A DNA stretch of 64,000 nucleotides from a bacterium (GCA_037127795.1 JBAXXQ010000001.1:78607-142606), one strand, 5' to 3'; counted from the stretch's first letter, positions 17,969 through 28,603 are shown. Numbers and translations: made by a program. The notes: generated by a model from the sequence alone, not told the origin.

Positions 17969-19966
17969 ATGAACAAATTTATAAAAACAATTTTCGTACT
18001 AGCGTTTGCAATCTTGGCATTGCCTAGTTTTGCGCATGCGCAAGCATTTAATAATAATTCTCAAGACCTTGGAACAGTACTTGTAGCAAATGATACATCA
18101 AGTGGTTGTGGTATTTCTATGGGAACAGGTTGTTGGAAATCTTCAGTATCTGCAAATGCAGGGGATGTGATTTCTGTGCAGGTGTATTACCACAATACCG
18201 GCACTACTGCTGCAAATAATGTAGCGGTTACTCTTTCTCCACAAAATACAGCACTTTCTACAACAGCTACATTTTCTGGCGGCATCTTGTATAACGGTGG
18301 TACTGCGGCAAGTGGTTCAGCCTCTGTGTATTTTAATAATAGTTCACAAACTCTTACATATATTCCGGGAAGTATTCGTTGGTATCCAAACCAAGCTTCT
18401 AGTGGGCAAGGTGTTTCAAATGGAACAAACCTCTTTACTTCTGGCGGACTTTCAGTAGGTGATGTGAATCCTGGGTGGTCAAATCAAGGTATGGTAACAG
18501 CTGATTTTCAGGTATCAAATAATAATCAAAATAACAACAATAATACCGGTATAGGCTATTGTTCTCTTAATCTTACCTCAAACACATACTCTGTATATTC
18601 TGGAAACCCTGCAACACTTTCTTGGACATCAAGTAATTGTACAAACCTTGTTATAAACGGGGTAGGGAGTGGTTTGAATTCATCTGGATCTACAACAGTA
18701 TATCCATACAGTACCATGACCTATACTCTTACCGGACAAGGTAATAATGGTACAGTACAAAGCCAAGTAGTTATTTATACAAACAACTATAACAACAATA
18801 ACTACAATAATTACAATACAAGTTGTTCAATTTATAGTTTTTCTGCAGATAGAACAACTATAAATCGTAATGAAAATACAGGGCTTCATTGGAGTACCAA
18901 TGCTGATCATGTAGCAATAAGTCCACTTAGTATCAACTATGGCGCAGCTTCATCTTCAACGGTGGTAAGTCCTGCAACTTCAACTACATACCAGCTCACT
19001 GCGTATTGTTCAAATGGATATACACAATCTGCTAATGTAACAGTGAGTGTTGCAAATACTGCAACTTCAACTATGCAAGCAGATACAACACCCGCAACAT
19101 TGGTACATGCATCATATGCACAGCTCAATGGTATTGTGACACCAAACAATAATGGTAATGCAACAACATGGTTTGAATATGGTCTTACAGGAAGTTTTGG
19201 AAGTAGGACAAATGCGCAAAGTGTTTCTGCTGCAAGTAGTAGTTATGTAGATGACACTATTACAGGGCTTACTCCTGGTACTTGGTATTACTATCGTACT
19301 GTTTTGCAAAACCAAAGTGGTACTGTGTATGGTGATATTGTACGATTCCAAACCAAGGGTGGTGTTGTAGATACTGTAGTTCCTACACATACAGCAGCAG
19401 TGCACACTATTGTTAATAATACTGTTATTGCAAAAAGTGCTCCATCTTTGCTTGAGCTCAAGGTGAACAGTCAATATGATCGTATGTGTGTAAATGGTGA
19501 TATGCAATATACTGTGTCTTACCAAAATATCAGTACTACAACTCTCAAAGATGCAGTACTTCGTATTACACATCCAAAAGATCTTACATTTGAAGCAAGT
19601 ACTCTCGGTACTTATGAAGTACTCGACCGTGCAGTTACTATAAATGTAGGTAATCTCGCTCCAAACCAAAGTGGTATCGTAGTGCTTACTTTCAAAGTAA
19701 ATAGTGACGCAACACAAGGTGAGCTCACTGTAACTACTGCCTCAATGGTATATACAAATCCAGCAACAACAGCACAAGAAGATGCAACAGCATATTCATT
19801 GATAACCGTTTCAAATGATTGTCCTACTGCAAGTACTCTCGGTGCTAGTGCGTTTGGTACATCATTCCTTCCTCATACATTGCTCGAATGGTTGCTTCTT
19901 ATACTAGTTATCCTTGCATTGATTATTCTTGCAAGACAATTGTATAAGAAAAATCACCAAGCATAA
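17969..19966 (+). CDS. Cell-surface protein with Ig-like, FN3-like and DUF11 domains and C-terminal membrane anchor
   Basis: Signal peptide MNKFIK...AHA; ATLSWTS repeats; WFEYG...GLTPGTWYYYR; YTVSYQN...VGNLAP; C-terminal TM followed by basic residues. Confidence 0.85.
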   Translation: MNKFIKTIFVLAFAILALPSFAHAQAFNNNSQDLGTVLVANDTSSGCGISMGTGCWKSSVSANAGDVISVQVYYHNTGTTAANNVAVTLSPQNTALSTTATFSGGILYNGGTAASGSASVYFNNSSQTLTYIPGSIRWYPNQASSGQGVSNGTNLFTSGGLSVGDVNPGWSNQGMVTADFQVSNNNQNNNNNTGIGYCSLNLTSNTYSVYSGNPATLSWTSSNCTNLVINGVGSGLNSSGSTTVYPYSTMTYTLTGQGNNGTVQSQVVIYTNNYNNNNYNNYNTSCSIYSFSADRTTINRNENTGLHWSTNADHVAISPLSINYGAASSSTVVSPATSTTYQLTAYCSNGYTQSANVTVSVANTATSTMQADTTPATLVHASYAQLNGIVTPNNNGNATTWFEYGLTGSFGSRTNAQSVSAASSSYVDDTITGLTPGTWYYYRTVLQNQSGTVYGDIVRFQTKGGVVDTVVPTHTAAVHTIVNNTVIAKSAPSLLELKVNSQYDRMCVNGDMQYTVSYQNISTTTLKDAVLRITHPKDLTFEASTLGTYEVLDRAVTINVGNLAPNQSGIVVLTFKVNSDATQGELTVTTASMVYTNPATTAQEDATAYSLITVSNDCPTASTLGASAFGTSFLPHTLLEWLLLILVILALIILARQLYKKNHQA

Positions 19967-19984
19967 GGTATAAGGTGAGAAAAA

Positions 19985-20023
19985 ATAATACCCCGCCCGT
20001 ACATCTTACGGGCGGGGTATTAT
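19985..20023 (+). terminator. Intrinsic terminator hairpin
   Basis: ATAATACCCCGCCCGTA/TACGGGCGGGGTATTAT. Confidence 0.75.
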
Positions 20024-20039
20024 GCTATAGTACTACTAT

Positions 20040-20480
20040 ATGGAGCGCATATATACACAAAATGATATACAAGCTATTGCCCGAGATATCCTTGCAAATA
20101 TTGAGCTACAAGAAAAACAGGGGCATATTATAGCGCTAGAGGGGGATCTAGGTGCCGGTAAAACAACCCTTACAAAAACCCTTGCTCGAGAGCTCGGTAT
20201 AGACCAAGAAATTACAAGTCCTACATTTGTCGTGGCAAAATCATATGAGACCAATGGTTCAGATTTTACCAAAGTAACACACATAGATGCGTATAGAATA
20301 GAAGACTTATCAGAACTTAAGGGTATTGGTTTTGCGGAATTATTACAAGACCCCAAGACGCTTATTATTGTTGAATGGCCAGAATTGATAGCTCCTGCAA
20401 TTACAGAACATCCACATCTGGATTGGTACACCATTTCTCATATTGACGAAACAACTCGTAAAATTACAAAAAAAATATGA
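20040..20480 (+). CDS. tsaE: t6A biosynthesis ATPase TsaE
   Basis: GDLGAGKTT, SPTF, HIDAYRI, VEWPE. Confidence 0.95.
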   Translation: MERIYTQNDIQAIARDILANIELQEKQGHIIALEGDLGAGKTTLTKTLARELGIDQEITSPTFVVAKSYETNGSDFTKVTHIDAYRIEDLSELKGIGFAELLQDPKTLIIVEWPELIAPAITEHPHLDWYTISHIDETTRKITKKI

Positions 20481-22837
20481 AACAAGAAAAAGCTTCCAAT
20501 ATAAAAACAATTGTTATTCTCGATGCGCATGCAATTATTCATCGCGCCTATCATGCACTTCCGTCATTTACCAAAAGTGATGGTACCCCTACTGGTGCAA
20601 TATATGGTACTGCCTCTATGGTGCTTCGTATGATCGAGCTTATCCGTCCAGATTATGTAGTAGCAGCATACGATCTCCCTAAGCCAACATTTCGTCATCA
20701 TGCATATGATGCATACAAAGCAGGTCGCGCAAAAACTGACGACAATCTTATTTTACAAATACAAGCAACACGGACCCTTATGGATGCATTTGGTATTGAA
20801 TGCATTGATGCGCCAGGATTTGAAGCTGATGATGTGATAGGTACTATCGTAGAGCAATACAAAGACGATGCATCTGTGCATATAGTTATCGCATCAGGGG
20901 ATATGGATACACTACAGCTCGTTTCTGGTATCAAGACACAAGTGTTCACATTGAAAAAAGGAATTCATGACAGTGTTTTTTATGATGAAAAAGCAGTACT
21001 CGCTCGCTATATGTTTTCTCCATTACAAATACCAGACTACAAAGGACTTCGTGGAGATCCATCAGACAATATTATAGGAGTACCTGGTATTGGGGAAAAA
21101 ACAGCAACAGAGCTTTTGGTACATTTCAAAACAATAGAAGGTATATATGAAGCATTAGAAAAAGATAAAGAGCTTTTGTATGCAAAAGGATTTTCAAAGC
21201 GTATTGTAGAGCTTCTCGATACACACAAAGACGATGCATTTTTCTCAAAAACACTTGCAACAATTCGTCGCGATGCACCAATACAATTTAGTATTCCGGA
21301 GCAATCTATTTACCATGTTGATTTTGAAAAGCTTACACAATTTTTTGATGCGTATGAGTTTAGAAGTTTATTGCCAAAAGTAAAAAGTGTTTTTGCTATA
21401 GAAGAAAAAAAGGAAGAAATTATTGCAGGGGATCCAGAGCTTGTACGCAAGGCTGCTATTGGGCTTTGGGTATTGTATTCAGAATATACCAATGCAGATG
21501 AAGCGACTATTTATGCGCGCACAAAAAAGAATTCACTTTCTGAAGCTATTAGTTTTATAGAGCAAGAATTACAAAAGCGAGGATTGTTTGATTTGTATGA
21601 AAAAATGGAGTTGCCACTAGTGCCCATTATTACAGAAATGGAGCAATATGGTATCGCCGTAGATCTTCCGTATTTGCAACAATGCGCAAAAGAGCTTCGT
21701 GTAAAGCTTGATAGTATAGAAAAAGAAATTGAAGATATTGCTGGTTCAAAAATAAATCTTAATTCACCAAAACAACTTTCTGCATTACTTTTTGAAACAC
21801 TTGAGATAAAACCAAAAGGGAAGCGCAAGGCAAGTGGCGCATATACTACCAATGCAGATGTGCTCGATGAACTCAGTGATAGTCATCCTATAATTCCACT
21901 TATTTTGAAATATCGAGAAATGCAAAAAGTTTTTTCTACGTATATAGAAGCATTGCCACACCATATTCGAGAAGATGGTCGTATCCATGCAACATTTCTC
22001 CAGCACGGTACTACAACAGGGAGATTTTCTTCTACCAATCCAAACATGCAAAATCTTCCTGCGTCTGAAGAGTTTGGTAAAGAAGTTCGTCGTGCGTTTG
22101 TTGCTAGTCCCGAGCATGTCTTTATTGGAAGCGACTACTCACAAATCGAGCTTCGCGTGCTCGCTATGCTTTCATTAGACAAAACACTACAAAAAAGTTT
22201 TGCTGACGGTATGGATATTCATACTGTGGTTGCGTCTCGAGTGTTTGGTGTTTCAGAAAGTGAGGTGACCAAGGATATGCGCCGCAAAGCAAAGGTGATC
22301 AATTTCGGTATTATCTATGGTATGGGTATTTCTGCATTGCAAAAAAATCTCGGCGTGAGTCGTGCAGAAGCAACAACATTTTATGAACAATATTTTGCTG
22401 CATTTCCAACTATCAAAGAATATCTTGATTCTATAAAAGGTGGTGCCACAGAAAAAGGGTACACAGAAACGGCATTCGGAAGAAGAAGATATTTCCCAAT
22501 GTTGCAATCAAATGCGCCATATATGAGAAGTTTTGCTGAGCGTATGGCAACCAATGCTCCTATACAGGGGACTGCGGCAGATATTATCAAGCTCGCTATT
22601 TTGGCTGTTGATGCAGAGCTCACAAAGCATAGCCTTAAAGAAAAGGTACATTTACTATTACAGATTCATGATGAATTGGTATATGAGGTACATACTTCTG
22701 TACAAGAACAAGCAGCTGCTATAATACAAAATACTATGGTAGAGGTGTTAAAAAATCCGCTTTTGCCGTATACTGGAGAAAACGTAGTACTTGCTGTTTC
22801 TGTTGCGACAGGTACTTCTCTTGATCAACTAAAATAA
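20477..22837 (+). CDS. polA: DNA polymerase I (5'-3' nuclease plus polymerase; proofreading domain reduced)
   Basis: EADDVIGT, GDPSDNI, DYSQIELR, AKVINFGIIYG, QIHDEL. Confidence 0.96.
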   Translation: MKQEKASNIKTIVILDAHAIIHRAYHALPSFTKSDGTPTGAIYGTASMVLRMIELIRPDYVVAAYDLPKPTFRHHAYDAYKAGRAKTDDNLILQIQATRTLMDAFGIECIDAPGFEADDVIGTIVEQYKDDASVHIVIASGDMDTLQLVSGIKTQVFTLKKGIHDSVFYDEKAVLARYMFSPLQIPDYKGLRGDPSDNIIGVPGIGEKTATELLVHFKTIEGIYEALEKDKELLYAKGFSKRIVELLDTHKDDAFFSKTLATIRRDAPIQFSIPEQSIYHVDFEKLTQFFDAYEFRSLLPKVKSVFAIEEKKEEIIAGDPELVRKAAIGLWVLYSEYTNADEATIYARTKKNSLSEAISFIEQELQKRGLFDLYEKMELPLVPIITEMEQYGIAVDLPYLQQCAKELRVKLDSIEKEIEDIAGSKINLNSPKQLSALLFETLEIKPKGKRKASGAYTTNADVLDELSDSHPIIPLILKYREMQKVFSTYIEALPHHIREDGRIHATFLQHGTTTGRFSSTNPNMQNLPASEEFGKEVRRAFVASPEHVFIGSDYSQIELRVLAMLSLDKTLQKSFADGMDIHTVVASRVFGVSESEVTKDMRRKAKVINFGIIYGMGISALQKNLGVSRAEATTFYEQYFAAFPTIKEYLDSIKGGATEKGYTETAFGRRRYFPMLQSNAPYMRSFAERMATNAPIQGTAADIIKLAILAVDAELTKHSLKEKVHLLLQIHDELVYEVHTSVQEQAAAIIQNTMVEVLKNPLLPYTGENVVLAVSVATGTSLDQLK

Positions 22838-22845
22838 TTTTTTAT

Positions 22846-23307
22846 ATGAAAAAGCCCTATAAATTAACAACACATCACCTCCTTGCCATTTCATACTTGG
22901 TATATTTTTTCTGTATTGCAGGAGGTATTGGGCTTAGTATCTTTTTCCCATTGCGGGTGCGTATACCTGGAGATCAGATTTTTGCCGCTATTTGTTTTGT
23001 TGGTGGACCATTACTTATTTTATGGGCACAGTATTCTTCATATATGTTTGAGCGAGGCAAAAAAGATAAAGGAGAAATATCTTTTTATGTTGGCCCGTAC
23101 AAAATGCTTCGTAATCCTACACAACTCGGATTGTTTTTACTTATTTTTGGATATGTATTTATTTTGCATTCAGTAACACTACTTCTCGCTATTTTGTTTT
23201 CTTATGTAGTAGGGAATTATTTTTATAAAAAACAAGAAGCATTACTTGAACATAAGTATGGAAAAAAATATCAAGAATATGAAAAGGAAGTAGAAAAGGT
23301 TTTATAA
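22846..23307 (+). CDS. Isoprenylcysteine carboxyl methyltransferase/PEMT-family membrane protein
   Basis: GPYKMLRNP; E..L...YG..Y..Y. Confidence 0.8.
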   Translation: MKKPYKLTTHHLLAISYLVYFFCIAGGIGLSIFFPLRVRIPGDQIFAAICFVGGPLLILWAQYSSYMFERGKKDKGEISFYVGPYKMLRNPTQLGLFLLIFGYVFILHSVTLLLAILFSYVVGNYFYKKQEALLEHKYGKKYQEYEKEVEKVL

Positions 23308-23308
23308 T

Positions 23309-23935
23309 ATGCTTATACTTGTTGTTGGGGGAGAGAAAACACAAAGACATACCGATATCAAACCATTCATACAAGAGAATGCTTTTTCAGTATTTGATGA
23401 CACAATGACATCTTTTGATGAACTTGAGTCTTTTGCATATCCATCACTATTTGAAACAGCTACACCAATTATTTGGGGAAAATTTTTACTTGATAAAGAA
23501 AAAGAAAATACTATTGCTGCTGATAAAATAAAAATCCTTGCAAAAAGTAATACTATTTTTATTATAGAAGAATTTACTATTACAGCAGATATAAAAAAAC
23601 TTTTTGAAAAACATGGTGCACAAGTTTTTGTACAAAAGAAAATACCAAAAGGAAAAGAAGGGGGTGCGATTTTTTCTATTGTAGAGACACTTATTGATGG
23701 AGACAAAAAAACTCGCTGGCTCGCATATCAAAAAGCTCTTGCGCAAGAATTTGTCCCTGAAGCATTGATAGGTATTATCTATTGGAAATTGCGACAATGT
23801 ATCGGATATGCGCGCGGAGAAAAACGTGATCACTATATACAGTTATATAGAAACTATATACAAGCGCATAGTACTGCGTGGAAGCAGGGTACTCCTATAG
23901 CGCTCGTTATAGAAAAATTAGTACTACAAGATTAA
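23309..23935 (+). CDS. Hypothetical protein, probably a divergent DNA polymerase III delta subunit
   Basis: YPSLFE and AIFSI.E segments, size and position near polA. Confidence 0.5.
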   Translation: MLILVVGGEKTQRHTDIKPFIQENAFSVFDDTMTSFDELESFAYPSLFETATPIIWGKFLLDKEKENTIAADKIKILAKSNTIFIIEEFTITADIKKLFEKHGAQVFVQKKIPKGKEGGAIFSIVETLIDGDKKTRWLAYQKALAQEFVPEALIGIIYWKLRQCIGYARGEKRDHYIQLYRNYIQAHSTAWKQGTPIALVIEKLVLQD

Positions 23936-24077
23936 ACAAAAAAGCACCACGAGAGTGGGCTTTTTATATATTAGAGTTTGTTTGTTATTTTTTATGTTTG
24001 TGAATGTGCTTCTGGGAAGAACTAAGATTTTGTTGACGAGACGAATGAACCGTTACTATAAGTATACTGGCTCGGTA

Positions 24078-24596
24078 TTATTCTGCAAGAGTAGTGTGTG
24101 GAAATCTTTTTGCAATGTATACCAATAGGAGACCAAGACTGAGCACGGTAAGCGCCATCATAGGGATAGTAATATAGCCAAATTCATATATATAACGAGC
24201 AAGGCATGATGGACCATTTGCACCACAAACATCTACTCCGGTAGGGAAAATATCTATAATATTGTGAAATAGGGCAAACAATAGTCCTCCCAATGCAAAA
24301 ATACTGATCTGTTTACGAAGTAGTGCAGACTTTTGTACGTTACCGGTCAGAGCGAGTATTGCTATACCAAAGATCGCAATACGCTGGTACCAGCACAACA
24401 TGCAGGGTGCGTAGAGGAATATGTATTCATATACAAGACTAATAAATGCACCACCGACAAACAATACACGGAGGCTGATAGTAGTCCATGGGGCGATACG
24501 AGGGAGGACTGGTGAGTCTGTCAAAATAGCAACAAAAAGAAATAGTATTACTAGTTGCAAAAATACAACACCAGAGGCAATGAGTGTATTAAACAT
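24078..24596 (-). CDS. dsbB: Disulfide bond formation protein DsbB/BdbC family
   Basis: PCMLCWYQR, second Cys pair, FGYITIP. Confidence 0.88.
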   Translation of the reverse strand: MFNTLIASGVVFLQLVILFLFVAILTDSPVLPRIAPWTTISLRVLFVGGAFISLVYEYIFLYAPCMLCWYQRIAIFGIAILALTGNVQKSALLRKQISIFALGGLLFALFHNIIDIFPTGVDVCGANGPSCLARYIYEFGYITIPMMALTVLSLGLLLVYIAKRFPHTTLAE

Positions 24597-24597
24597 A

Positions 24598-24963
24598 TTA
24601 TTGTAATGGACAATTTGTTTTATTTGCTAATGTTTCTAGAGGGATTTCTCCGGTAAGTCGTGAGCTATCTGCGAATACCCAGGTAGGGAAGCCTTCAATT
24701 TTTGCATCAATACAAATTTGTTTTTGTTTTTGATCTGGTGTTTGGCATTCTACATAGGGAAGGTATTTTACAGAATTACCGAACAATTTCTTTTGTGCTT
24801 GGCAGTGAGGACACCACCATGCGCCATAAAACTTCGCACCACTTTGATTTATACATTGTGCGAGCTTGTCGTATTGTCCTGGTTTGCGAGCTTGTACTAC
24901 AAGAAAGACAACCATACTAATTGCGACCACTCCTACAACGATCCACGGCATGTATTTTTTCAT
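24598..24963 (-). CDS. Membrane-anchored thioredoxin-fold protein
   Basis: FYGAWWCPHCQ, YVEC, GFPTW. Confidence 0.88.
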   Translation of the reverse strand: MKKYMPWIVVGVVAISMVVFLVVQARKPGQYDKLAQCINQSGAKFYGAWWCPHCQAQKKLFGNSVKYLPYVECQTPDQKQKQICIDAKIEGFPTWVFADSSRLTGEIPLETLANKTNCPLQ

Positions 24964-24968
24964 ATAAT

Positions 24969-25403
24969 TTAGCGTACCTTTTTGGTACATTTTTTGCAAG
25001 TTCCAAAAAACGATAAACTGTGACTTTGTATGGTTTTAAAAAGGCGAGATTTTTTGGTTGCAGAGACGCCTATATTTTTTATACAAAACGGTATTGATTC
25101 GATAATGCCACAATCGCCACACACTATATGGTGATGGTGGTGTTTATGCCAAATGAGCTCATATGAGTACACACCTTTGGTAATTGGTGTTGCTTGGGCA
25201 ATATGGTTTTCGACAAAAGCACTCAGTGCTCTATAGAGCGTAGTTGTGTTGCCGCCTTTTTTCTTAAGGATTTTTTGGAGCTCTTCTATAGTGAGCGGGG
25301 TTTTTGATTCATGTAATGTTTCTATAAGACGAAGTCTGATAGGGGTCGCTTTGAGTCCTTTGGTATGGAGAAGTTCTTGTGCATCAATAGGTGCTTTTTT
25401 CAT
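24969..25403 (-). CDS. Fur-family regulator (Zur-like)
   Basis: GLKAT..R, TTLYRAL, HHHHIVCGDCG, C-terminal CxxC. Confidence 0.9.
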   Translation of the reverse strand: MKKAPIDAQELLHTKGLKATPIRLRLIETLHESKTPLTIEELQKILKKKGGNTTTLYRALSAFVENHIAQATPITKGVYSYELIWHKHHHHHIVCGDCGIIESIPFCIKNIGVSATKKSRLFKTIQSHSLSFFGTCKKCTKKVR

Positions 25404-25419
25404 ATACGATATATATCAC

Positions 25420-25440
25420 AATTGCAAATCATTTGCAATT
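25420..25440. promoter_or_regulatory. Zur/Fur box candidate
   Basis: Perfect 10-1-10 palindrome AATTGCAAAT-C-ATTTGCAATT between the divergent regulator and ZIP genes. Confidence 0.8.
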
Positions 25441-25469
25441 AGACCCCTTCTCTAGTATAGTGCACCTAT

Positions 25470-26210
25470 ATGCATATGACACTTATGTATCTCGCATTTG
25501 CAACCACCCTCGCTACGTTTGTAGGGGGTATGTTTGCGCTTCGCCATAAAGACAAGTTTCATATTATTTTAGGTTTTAGTGCGGGGGCGGTGATAGGGCT
25601 TGCGTTTTTTGATCTTCTCCCAGAATCTATAACACTTGGTGGTATGTATTATCCGGTATCGTATATCGCATGGGCTATAGCAGGAGGATTTATATCGTAT
25701 ATGATTTTGGATCGTATTTTTATAAAAGATAGTCATGACCACCATGGACATACAGACCACGAAACACTTGAAAATCCTATGCGCGGCTCAGTACGAGCAA
25801 GTAGTCTTATTTTGCATAGTGTGCTCGACGGTATTTGTATTGGATTTGGGTTTCAACTTTCTCCGGCAATAGGGACACTCATTGCGATAGGGGTTTTGGG
25901 GCATGATTTTTCTGATGGTATAAATACTGTACAAGCAGTACTTCATTCAAATTTTTCAAAACGCCAAATACTATACTGGCTCATCGCAGATTCGCTTGCA
26001 CCACTACTCGGTATTGGTGTTACGCTTTGTTTTCATATTCCAGAAAAAATACTCGGCCTAATACTTGCAGTATTTTGTGGATTCTTTATATATATCGGCG
26101 CTAGTGATCTCGTCCCTGAGAGCTATCATAACCATCCCAAATGGCTCACCACTGCAATGACTGTCTTCGGTGCAGGATTTGTCTTTATATTGATACACCT
26201 GATAGGGTAG
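25470..26210 (+). CDS. ZIP-family metal transporter
   Basis: FSAGA, His-rich loop, HSVLDG, HDFSDG, YIGASDLVPE. Confidence 0.92.
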   Translation: MHMTLMYLAFATTLATFVGGMFALRHKDKFHIILGFSAGAVIGLAFFDLLPESITLGGMYYPVSYIAWAIAGGFISYMILDRIFIKDSHDHHGHTDHETLENPMRGSVRASSLILHSVLDGICIGFGFQLSPAIGTLIAIGVLGHDFSDGINTVQAVLHSNFSKRQILYWLIADSLAPLLGIGVTLCFHIPEKILGLILAVFCGFFIYIGASDLVPESYHNHPKWLTTAMTVFGAGFVFILIHLIG

Positions 26211-26270
26211 TCCGATTTTCTCTCTAGATATCAAAAAACCTCAAAGCAAAAGCTTGAGGTTTTTTGATTG

Positions 26271-26343
26271 TGCCCTTAGCAGGGCTCGAACCTGCGACCG
26301 TCTCCTTAAAAGGGAGCTGCTCTACCAGCTGAGCTATAAGGGC
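26271..26343 (-). tRNA. tRNA-Lys(TTT)
   Basis: Cloverleaf GCCCTTA...TAAGGGC A; anticodon loop CTTTTAA. Confidence 0.93.
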
Positions 26344-26420
26344 AATTTCTGGTTATTTTGCAAAGGTTGCAAAATGTAAATAAAAATATACCATAGAGTG
26401 CGAACGAAATCAACATCATT

Positions 26421-26906
26421 ATGGAAAAAATTCCTCCCTACAAAAAAATACTTATTTTGCTTGATATCCGAAGTTCGCACAATGTCGGGTCTCTTTTTCG
26501 TACCGCAGACGCAATAGGGGTACAAAAAATATACCTCATAGGGACAACGCCGGACCCGATAGACAGATTTGGCCGCCCTAATCCAGATATTGCAAAGACT
26601 GCGCTTGGTGCAGAGCAAACCATACCGTACGAATATTACAAAACGTTTGTAGAAGTTTTTGCACTATTACAAAAAGAGCATGTTGCTATTGTTGGTCTCG
26701 AGCAATACAAAGACAGTGTTGATTACAAACAATATGTTGTACAAAATGACACTGCGTTGATAGTGGGGAATGAGGTCGATGGTATACTTGAATCTGTATT
26801 AGAAAAAATAGATGCAACTATAGAGATCCCTATGCGAGGCGAAAAAGAATCACTCAATGTCTCTGTTGCAGGAGGTATTGCGCTATTTAGAATTTTTGAT
26901 AATTAG
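26421..26906 (+). CDS. TrmH/SpoU-family RNA methyltransferase
   Basis: NVGSLFRTAD, GNEVDG, IPMRG.KESLNVSVA. Confidence 0.93.
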   Translation: MEKIPPYKKILILLDIRSSHNVGSLFRTADAIGVQKIYLIGTTPDPIDRFGRPNPDIAKTALGAEQTIPYEYYKTFVEVFALLQKEHVAIVGLEQYKDSVDYKQYVVQNDTALIVGNEVDGILESVLEKIDATIEIPMRGEKESLNVSVAGGIALFRIFDN

Positions 26907-27085
26907 TTTCCTAATTTCTTTTCCAATGTTTTTACATTGTATACCGGAGTTGCGCCGCCTGGCTCTTTGGGAGCTTCGATGAATTGATTGTGTTTGTTTT
27001 GGTAACGCTCTGGTCCACCGGTCATAAGCCAGAGTACCCAAAGTCCTATAAAAATAAGAATAAACCATCTAAATGTTCCTTGCAT
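26903..27085 (-). CDS. Small membrane protein
   Basis: 60 aa, N-terminal TM, W..TGGPER. Confidence 0.65.
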   Translation of the reverse strand: MQGTFRWFILIFIGLWVLWLMTGGPERYQNKHNQFIEAPKEPGGATPVYNVKTLEKKLGN

Positions 27086-27159
27086 ATATATCTAGTATAC
27101 CTGAGACCGTGTTTTTGACAAAAAATTGATAGTCTGTAATATGAAAGAAAAATATAATT

Positions 27160-27723
27160 ATGTATAGTACATTTCAGGTGTATATCGATCCATTTTTTAA
27201 AAAGATTGAAGATTCAGGAGATATTCCACCCTTTCTTAAAGAGCACTTTACGAAAGATTACTTTTTCTCTCCATTATTCTTATTAAAAGAAATTAGCGAC
27301 AAGAGGAGGTCATATTTGTTTCAGCATGGAATCTTTTTTTTAGGCCAAGTTGAACTCATGACAAAAGATTTTATTAAAACTTTTGTCTACGATGACTTAC
27401 AAAAAATTCTTGAAGAATTATCTTCAGATATTCCTAATGATAAGAAAAATCTGTTTATGCAGTATTCTCATGTATATCAACAAGTTCGTATTTTTGATTT
27501 TCTTTCAGAAGAAGAATTAATATTTTTAAAAACAAATATTTGGAATAAAATTAATCCAGATTTTGAATTTAGTAATTCTTATACTTTTGGGGAAATTAAA
27601 TATCGAAGATTGTTGAATAACATGTCTCTTGATTCTGAAATTTGTATTACTGTAATGCAGCATAGAAAATTTCACCTTCTTAAATTTTTTGAATGGATTA
27701 GTAAACAAAAAGTCCCGCAATAA
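27160..27723 (+). CDS. Hypothetical protein (AT-rich)
   Basis: 187-aa ORF with its own TTGACA promoter; terminator overlaps the stop. Confidence 0.65.
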   Translation: MYSTFQVYIDPFFKKIEDSGDIPPFLKEHFTKDYFFSPLFLLKEISDKRRSYLFQHGIFFLGQVELMTKDFIKTFVYDDLQKILEELSSDIPNDKKNLFMQYSHVYQQVRIFDFLSEEELIFLKTNIWNKINPDFEFSNSYTFGEIKYRRLLNNMSLDSEICITVMQHRKFHLLKFFEWISKQKVPQ

Positions 27724-27733
27724 TGCGGGCTTT

Positions 27734-28279
27734 TTATTTTTGTAACAATTGCAAAGCAATAGTGATTTGTTTTTGGATAGGGAGCGTATCGTCTATATTT
27801 TGTACGACGTCGCGTATTTGGGTATCTCTATATCCGAGACTCATGAGTGCTTCTACAAGATCGCTCTTCGGAGAGCTTGTAGAAAGTGCATAGAGTGCGA
27901 CTTTGTCTTTGAGATCGATCACTACTTTTTCTGCAGTCTTTTTTCCAATACCTGGGACAGATGAAATAGTTTTTGCATCACCTTGTTGTATAGCATGAGC
28001 AAGGGTACCGATAGGGTAGAGAGAAAGCATGGCAAATGCGCTACGTGGACCAATACCAGAAACACCCAACAAGAGCCCAAAGAAATTGCGCGCCTCTGTT
28101 GTCGCAAAACCAAAGAGCTCTTGCGAGTCTTCTTTGACTATAAAGTGTGTGTAGAGGGTTGCTTCAGAATCAAGTGGGAAGCTTTCTGTGGTATGGACAA
28201 AATAACCAAGCCCTCCACAATCGAGTACCACCCCTTTTTCTTCTACGGCGACTACGCGCCCTCTGATTTGATATATCAT
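27734..28279 (-). CDS. ruvA: Holliday junction branch migration protein RuvA
   Basis: GGLGY, LFGF, VSGIGP, PGIGKKTAEK, EALMSLGY. Confidence 0.95.
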   Translation of the reverse strand: MIYQIRGRVVAVEEKGVVLDCGGLGYFVHTTESFPLDSEATLYTHFIVKEDSQELFGFATTEARNFFGLLLGVSGIGPRSAFAMLSLYPIGTLAHAIQQGDAKTISSVPGIGKKTAEKVVIDLKDKVALYALSTSSPKSDLVEALMSLGYRDTQIRDVVQNIDDTLPIQKQITIALQLLQK

Positions 28280-28336
28280 GCCTATATCATACCAAGTCTT
28301 GCGTATTTGGCATACTTTTGGTACTATACAAGAACT

Positions 28337-28603
28337 ATGCCTATCACAAGAAATGCTAAAAAAGCACATCGAGTATCTGTTAAAAAAGCAGCAGCAAACA
28401 CTCGTACCAAAAAAGTATTAAAAGAAGGGGTTAAAAAGGTGCAAAAGCTTGCCCTAGATAAGAAATTTGCAGAAGCAAAACTCTCTCTATCTGCTGCATA
28501 CTCTGTTATCGACAAGGCCGCAAAAAACGGTGTTATCAAGAAAAACACCGCAAGTCGCCGCAAAGCAATGCTTTCACGAACTGCAAAAGAGAAAAAAGCA
28601 TAA
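28337..28603 (+). CDS. rpsT: 30S ribosomal protein S20
   Basis: MPITRNAKKAHR...IDKAAKNGVIKKNTASRRK. Confidence 0.95.
   Translation: MPITRNAKKAHRVSVKKAAANTRTKKVLKEGVKKVQKLALDKKFAEAKLSLSAAYSVIDKAAKNGVIKKNTASRRKAMLSRTAKEKKA

Noticed and set aside
18781-18820. AAC-rich run resembling a DGR template repeat
   Set aside because: It encodes an Asn/Tyr linker in frame; no matching variable repeat or reverse transcriptase was seen
23940-24070. Intergenic stretch with a possible minus-strand -10 box and no ORF
   Set aside because: No convincing structure or known motif beyond the terminator
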